From the NCBI GenBank assembly GCA_964016885.1, contig OZ024741.1, positions 410,130,001-410,194,000 of the forward strand: a DNA stretch of 64,000 nucleotides, written 5' to 3'. The stretch is from Eledone cirrhosa (lineage: Eukaryota). This document shows positions 57,659-64,000 of this stretch, one piece after another. The position numbers and the translations under genes are program-made. The notes under the pieces were generated by a model that worked only from the letters and a program-made list of their open reading frames with translations, had not been told where the DNA came from and made no database searches. Position 1 is the first letter of the stretch; every line of letters begins with the position of its first letter.

Positions 57659-58082
57659 GTACACTATTAATAATTATTAATGCACTCGTGCAATGCCTGT
57701 GCGTGACGAATATTTTTAAAGTGAGGAAAGACTGTGCACTGAGCCAATCCCACTCTCTGAGCGACAGTAGCTATAACCCGAAAAGAAGAAAAGATCAACA
57801 TCATCGGTAACTACTGAGCCGCAGGTTTTATGTCGGAGTTAACCCAGTTTCCTGAGATGCCTTCTCCTAGAAGAATGCCCTGACAACGGCTAGGGGTTCT
57901 TCACTCCCAGTGGTTTAACTGCGCGATCGGGCATCCAGCCCGATTATTTCTATGTCCCCGCGCAAAAAAAAAAAAAAATCACTTATTGACACTTATACGT
58001 ACGACATACACACACGCGCATACATATGCGCGCACACAGCAACACTCATACATACTAACAAACACACACACGCTACTCACTT

Positions 58083-58116
<34 letters not shown>

Positions 58117-58219
58117 TACCGTCATTACTGATACAAGATTACAAGATTATGTCAACTGTTGACTATCAAGAGTTTGTATAGTTGAAGCCAATCGTACTAC
58201 AGTCCAGTATTATTATAAT

Positions 58220-58370
58220 TGCTTTACAGCATAGAGTCACGGCCCTCCACGCTCTGAGTTCAAATCCCGCCGAGGTCAACCTTGCCCTTCATCCCCACGG
58301 AGTCAACAAAAGAGAGTACCCGTGATGCGCTGGGCCAGTCGCTGGATCCGTGCCAAAAGCAGAAAAATTA
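58220..58370 (+). mobile_element. 5'-truncated tRNA-SINE (same family as 8403 and 63006) with strongly biased substitutions
   Basis: B-box GAGTTCAAATCC and central domain align to the other three copies. Confidence 0.85.
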
Positions 58371-58749
58371 TTATTAAAGTTTTCTCAAGGCCCGGTCGCT
58401 GGTGATGGTGATGGCGGCGGCGGTGGCGGTGGTGGTGGTGGTGGCAGTCGATGTTGTTGTTGTGTTGTGTGCGTGTGTGTGTGTGTTTTGTTATTTTGAT
58501 TTTTTTTTTCCCTTCCTTTTCTTTTTTTTTTATCTTTTGATGCCGCTGTTGTTGCTGTAAACATTAGTGCCGGTGTTGTTGTAGATGTTGGGGTTGAAAT
58601 CTGGTCGTTTAACTGAGTGATGTATACATATACATACATATATATATATATATACACATTCAACAGAGAGTAGAGAGTTTGACAACAGGTCGATGACTTT
58701 AGTCTAGATAGGATAATGACATGTGATGGTGGGGAGAGAGTGTAGAAGT

Positions 58750-59399
58750 TATACATACATACACACACATATACACACATATACACACACACACGCACAT
58801 ATATATGTGTATATATATACATACACATACATACACACATACATACATACACACATAAATATCAACATATCCATACATACACATACATATATACAACCAC
58901 ACACATATATATACATATATATATATATAGAAATATAAATATATATATATATATATATATGCATACACATACACATACATAGCCATACACACATACATAT
59001 ACATACATACATACATACACACAAACATACGTATATACACACGTACATACATACACATACATACACACATATATACATGCATACATATGCATGCACAACA
59101 ATAGAAAAATATACACACACCTCTACATATTCACACACGCAAATAAATATAAGAAAAAATATATATAAAAATAAAAGACATAAAAAAGAAAATAAAGACT
59201 ATTATAAAGTTAACAGCGATACAGGCAACAAATAAATGAACAAAAACACGTGGTAAGCAATACACACAAATACACGTACACATACATACGTAAAAATAAA
59301 TACATACACACATTCTCACACATAAATATACATATACAAATACATAAACACATACATACGCATACACAAATACATACACACACATATACATATATACAC
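58750..59399 (-). mobile_element. Microsatellite-rich upstream part of the PLE-type segment ending at 53371
   Basis: 58750-59211 is the reverse complement of about 61849-62290, including unique AT-rich sequence. Confidence 0.7.
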
Positions 59400-59418
59400 T
59401 AGCCCTAGGAAGGGAAAA

Positions 59419-59501
59419 TGCTTCTCTGATGAGCTTTGGTTTTCCATCATAAATCCATCGGATTTATGAGGTTTTACAAAGCGAAACTGATCAGTAAGGG
59501 C
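59419..59501 (+). ncRNA. Type I hammerhead ribozyme, unit 1
   Basis: CTGATGA, stem II GCTTTG/CAAAGC enclosing hairpin TCATAAATCC/GGATTTATGA, GAAAC-TGATCA-GTA; predicted cleavage after 59496. Confidence 0.85.
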
Positions 59502-59903
59502 CACTAGAAGAGGTAAATATTTATATTATATTTTTTAATGTATTTTGAAAAATTGATTGAATTTTACTTGTTCTGCTTATCTTAATATTAAAGTTCTGGT
59601 GTATCAAATTAACACCATTGAACAACCTTGAATCATAGACAACCTATGTATTTCTAGGGGTACCTAGTATCCCTGGACATATTAACTTCTACCTTTTTCT
59701 CCGTCCGTTGAGAACAAATCTGTTGCTCTACTTGGCTGCTATTTTTTTAGTAGTAATTGTAGACAGCAAGTCTTTGATTTTCCCGCTTTTACTTCGGTCC
59801 AGTTTACATACGGGTCAATTTTACGACCTTTCAGACCTTTATTAGCTGGCAGGAGGTTGTATATTTTGTCGTTCCTGGGACGTTTAGCCCTAGGAAGGGA
59901 AAA

Positions 59904-59986
59904 TGCTTCTCTGATGAGCTTTGGTTTTCCATCATAAATCCATCGGATTTATGAGGTTTTACAAAGCGAAACTGATCAGTAAGGGC
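59904..59986 (+). ncRNA. Type I hammerhead ribozyme, unit 2
   Basis: Identical to unit 1; predicted cleavage after 59981. Confidence 0.85.
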
Positions 59987-60388
59987 CACTAGAAGAGGTA
60001 AATATTTATATTATATTTTTTAATGTATTTTGAAAAATTGATTGAATTTTACTTGTTCTGCTTATCTTAATATTAAAGTTCTGGTGTATCAAATTAACAC
60101 CATTGAACAACCTTGAATCATAGACAACCTATGTATTTCTAGGGGTACCTAGTATCCCTGGACATATTAACTTCTACCTTTTTCTCCGTCCGTTGAGAAC
60201 AAATCTGTTGCTCTACTTGGCTGCTATTTTTTTAGTAGTAATTGTAGACAGCAAGTCTTTGATTTTCCCGCTTTTACTTCGGTCCAGTTTACATACGGGT
60301 CAATTTTACGACCTTTCAGACCTTTATTAGCTGGCAGGAGGTTGTATATTTTGTCGTTCCTGGGACGTTTAGCCCTAGGAAGGGAAAA

Positions 60389-60471
60389 TGCTTCTCTGAT
60401 GAGCTTTGGTTTTCCATCATAAATCCATCGGATTTATGAGGTTTTACAAAGCGAAACTGATCAGTAAGGGC
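60389..60471 (+). ncRNA. Type I hammerhead ribozyme, unit 3
   Basis: Identical to unit 1; predicted cleavage after 60466. Confidence 0.85.
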
Positions 60472-60658
60472 CACTAGAAGAGGTAAATATTTATATTATA
60501 TTTTTTAATGTATTTTGAAAAATTGATTGAATTTTACTTGTTCTGCTTATCTTAATATATATATATATATATATATATATAACGAAGGAAATGTGGTAAG
60601 GAACCAGGTGGATCATAACGCACCAAAGTACTCAATACTTAGGGTAGTAGAGTGGGTA

Positions 60659-60742
60659 ATAGGAACAAGTAAGACCCCGACGGCTGAGAATTAGCCGTCG
60701 AAACGGCTTGAGCTCAGCCGTCGGGGTCTTACTTGTTCCTAT
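60659..60742. repeat. 84-bp palindrome with perfect 30-bp arms, built on the half-hammerhead motif
   Basis: ATAGGAACAAGTAAGACCCCGACGGCTGAG (60659-60688) is the exact reverse complement of 60713-60742. Confidence 0.92.
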
Positions 60743-61221
60743 ATATATATATATATATACACATACATACATAGCCATACAATTATACACATACATATAC
60801 ATACATATCACAAACACGCACAACTAAATACAAACACACACATATATATATGTGTGTAAAACTCATTCTTAGATAATTCATATGAACCTTATTTAACTCT
60901 AATATATATGAATAAAGTTAGTCCTTCATCAGTGATCTTCCAACCATCATTGGTATTTCATCGCTTTAAAGACCATATACCTCCGGTTGGTGCGAGCAAC
61001 GGCTAAAAAAAGTCGTTGGGTCACGTAAATAAAGGGGACGCGAGTGTAAACATATATATATATATATATATACACACATACACATACATACACATACATA
61101 CACATACATACATACACATATATATATACACACACATATATATATATACACATACCTATGCATACGTACACACACACACACACACATATACATATATAAC
61201 TCAATATATATATATATATAT

Positions 61222-61305
61222 AAATGAAGTAATTCCGTCGGAAAAGTCTAGGAAAAAAGAGTGCTCTATGTAGGTAACAGAGCTTAATAGTTATGTAATA
61301 TTACA

Positions 61306-61312
<7 letters not shown>
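61222..61312 (-). mobile_element. Short copy of the PLE-type tail at 53371, ending in a 26-bp palindrome
   Basis: Matches 53371-53448 with 2 substitutions, then ATAGTTATGTAATATTACATAACTAT. Confidence 0.75.
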
Positions 61313-61362
<50 letters not shown>

Positions 61363-61572
61363 AAGAACATAAATATTATAAAATAAATATTGTATATATA
61401 AAAAAATAAAAAAATAAATTGGGAATACGACAAATAATAAATAAAAATATATATTTAGAAAAGGGTATAAATGCCCATAGCAGACCTAGAGCACTCAACA
61501 ATATCCTGGAACAAAAGATCAATGAAAATAATCATCAAATCACTATATGTAATGATGCACATACATACACCC

Positions 61573-61667
<95 letters not shown>

Positions 61668-61724
61668 CATACACACACACACAAAAAACCCAACCACAGA
61701 AATATAAACACACATACAATTACG

Positions 61725-61763
<39 letters not shown>

Positions 61764-61764
<1 letters not shown>

Positions 61765-61816
61765 TAGGAAAAAGTCTGACCCTACGGCAGAGCTCAAGCC
61801 TTTTCTGAGGCTATTA
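61764..61816 (-). other. 3' half-hammerhead terminal motif, diverged
   Basis: Minus strand AGCCTCA-GAAAA-GGCT-TGAGCTC-TGCC-GTA-GGGTC...TTCCTAT. Confidence 0.5.
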
Positions 61817-61848
61817 TATAAAAACACAAAACCATTATATAAAAAGTC

Positions 61849-62536
61849 AACTTTATAATAGTCTTTATTTTCTTTTTTATGTCTTTTATTTTTATATATA
61901 TTTTTTCTTATATTTATTTGCGTGTGTGGGTATGTAGAGGTGTGTGTATATTTTTATATTTTTGTGCATGCATATGTATGCATGTATACATGTGTGTATG
62001 TATGTGTATGTATGTACGTGTGTATATACGTATGATTGTGTGTATGTATGTATGTATATGTGTGTATGGCTATGTATGTGTATGTGTATGTGTATGCATA
62101 TATATATATATATTTATATTTATATTTCTATATATATGTATATATATGTGTGTGGTTGTATATATGTATGTGTATGTATGGATATGTTGATATTATGTGT
62201 GTATGTATGTATGTGTATGTATGTGTATGTATATATATACACATATATATGTGCGTGTGTGTGTGTATATGTGTGTGTATGTATATATATATATATGTGT
62301 GTATGTATATAATTGTGTGTGTGTGTGTGTGTGTGTTTGCATGTGTGTTTTTATTTTATTTTTCCTTTCCTTCTTCCTTCTCCAGCCTCACTTTCATATA
62401 GATTGCATTTTTGTTTTTAGAATCCAATTGTCAATAAATACACCAGGATTTTTTCATTCTGATGATTGAAAGCAAAATTTTTTGCTTTTAAGAAACCACT
62501 GGTAAATGGAATAATTGCCTTATGTTGTTTATTACA

Positions 62537-62542
<6 letters not shown>
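61849..62542 (+). mobile_element. Uninterrupted inverted paralogue of the PLE-type segment at 53437-53722 plus 58750-59211
   Basis: Reverse-complement match to both flanks of the RTE insertion; ends at (TA)n. Confidence 0.8.
62455..62508 (+). ncRNA. Intact type I hammerhead ribozyme
   Basis: CATT-CTGATGA-TTGAAAGCAAAA-TT-TTTTGCTTTTAA-GAAAC-CACTG-GTA-AATG; all three stems pair. Confidence 0.85.
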
Positions 62543-62611
<69 letters not shown>

Positions 62612-63005
62612 GAAATGAGGTTTTTTTAATGAAAAAAAAACAAGATGTCCTACACAGGTGACAGTATAAGGAAAAGAAATCGAAAATGCAACTGGAGTCT
62701 TTTTAAGAATATTTATTTGTTTCCTTTTCCAGTTTCACAGTTCTTATGCTTTTCAAAAGTAGAATTGAGATGGAGGGTTTGTGGTTTTTCTCGCATCTGG
62801 TTGGTGTTCGAATGTTACTTCTGTTTTATGTGGGAAAAAGTGGCTCGAATTGCTAGTTTTTTTTAATTTAAATAATTTGGTTGGTTGATGACTGTCACGT
62901 GAATAAGTTCATCAACTTCCGCGCCAGTTCGTATTTGGGGGGTTCTTTATTGCCAATTTCACAGTCACATGATTTGTCATAGAGAGTTTTGTACCAAACA
63001 AAAGA

Positions 63006-63379
63006 TAATTGTTTCTACTTTTGGCACAAGACCAGCAATTACCCAGTACATTACTGGTACTTTATTTTATCGACCTCGTAAGGATGAAAGGCAAAGTTAA
63101 CCTCGGCGGGATTTGAACTCAGATCATAAAGGGCCGTAACTCTTTGCTGCAAAGCATGGTGTCCGATCCTCTACTGATACTGCCAAAAGATAATTGTTTC
63201 TACTTTTGGCACAAGGCCAGCAATTTTTCCAGTGTATTACTGGTACTTTATTTTATCGACCCCGTAAGGATGAAAGGCAAAGTGAACCTCGGAGCGATTT
63301 GAACTCAGTTCGTAAAGGGACGTAACTGTGCTGAAAAGCATGGCGTCCGACCCTCTACCGATACTGCCAATCCACCGCT
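63006..63379 (-). mobile_element. Tandem pair of tRNA-SINEs (about 63006-63183 and 63191-63379)
   Basis: Both align to 8403-8590; CAAAAGATAAT at 62999, 63184 and 63380. Confidence 0.88.
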
Positions 63380-63558
63380 CAAAAGATAATGGTCAAGAAA
63401 AGAGAGTGGGAGAAATCGTCTGGTTCAGTGAGTATGGCAAATGTGCTGAGGAGTCAAAATTCAGAATTTCTATTGAAATAAATTGAATGTTTGTGTCGAT
63501 AGTGGTGGTGGCGGCGGCAGGGTAGAAAATAGAAATATATATTTTTATTTGTGTGCAG

Positions 63559-63660
<102 letters not shown>

Positions 63661-63737
63661 GAAAATGATTCCATTAGTAGAAATGGAGAAGGGTGTAACG
63701 TGTGTGTGTGTGTGTGTATGTGTTGCATAATTTTGTT

Positions 63738-64000
63738 GTAAAAAATCACTTCATTTGCTCATCAAAAAATTTTGTTTATGCCATTAAATGTAAAGGATGT
63801 AATGAAGATTATATAGGGAAAACTAAACTCACGCTCAGAAACAGGATGACAATTCATTGTCAACAATTACGAGACCCTACCACAAGACAGATATCACTCA
63901 GTGCACATCTAGACATATGTGCAATCGATAAAACACCCAAATTCCAAGTCTTCCTACTTTATCTATGCTCTGACAATACAACAGACCAAATACGAATAAA
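63738..64000 (+). pseudogene. PLE GIY-YIG endonuclease fragment of a second clade (Neptune/Nematis-like); runs off the window end
   Basis: Stop-free frame FICSSKNFVYAIKCKGCNEDYIGKTKLTLRNRMTIHCQQLRDP...SAHLDIC; not in the ORF track. Confidence 0.85.

Larger units (their letters stand above)
53723..58749 (-). mobile_element. Near full-length RTE LINE insertion, including a microsatellite-filled 3' UTR and about 0.8 kb of extra 5' sequence
   Basis: 3' terminal stem-loop at 53723-53762; APE-RT-ZnF coding region 54035-57579; RTE-type 5' UTR motif at about 57820-57960; possible TSD TATACAT (53716-53722 and 58750-58756); empty site in the paralogue near 62280. Confidence 0.85.
59400..60558 (+). repeat. 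485-bp tandem array (2.4 apparently identical units), one hammerhead per unit; retrozyme-like
   Basis: Units start at 59401, 59886 and 60371; non-coding; flanked by microsatellites. Confidence 0.93.

Noticed and set aside
60870-60937. Minus-strand CTGATGAAGGACTA resembling the 45108 hammerhead
   Set aside because: No GAAA core after a credible stem II; at best a truncated relic.
62712-62760. Degenerate hammerhead-like string on the minus strand (TTGAAAA-GCA...TGT-GAAAC)
   Set aside because: Too many core mismatches and no UH cleavage site.

Overview
Repeat-saturated animal genomic DNA with no recognisable host exon. The SINE, RTE and microsatellite content suggests a cephalopod (octopus-like); this is inference. 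1-10 kb holds decayed retroelements (RTE LINEs, an R4/Dong-like element split by a mariner derivative, tRNA-SINEs) and a 2.8-kb 21-bp minisatellite. 10.4-44.7 kb is a roughly 33-kb satellite of TAGTACTCTCAC cores with variable (AT/AC)n spacers, interrupted by one RTE and containing a near-identical 12.7-kb tandem duplication. 45-64 kb is a nested cluster embedded in (TA)n tracts: a 5-kb palindromic Naiad-type Penelope-like element (PLE) with a Helitron and a hammerhead repeat in one arm, a non-autonomous LTR element, a near full-length RTE with three C-terminal C2H2 fingers, a 485-bp hammerhead tandem array (retrozyme-like), and about six distinct hammerhead ribozyme families. The strongest observations are a SINE in the RTE insertion's 5' extension with a strand-specific A-to-G signature resembling ADAR hyper-editing copied back into DNA, the retrozyme-like arrays, and fold-back PLE ends at scales from 26 bp to 9 kb. 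All alignments and folds were done by eye and most boundaries are approximate.
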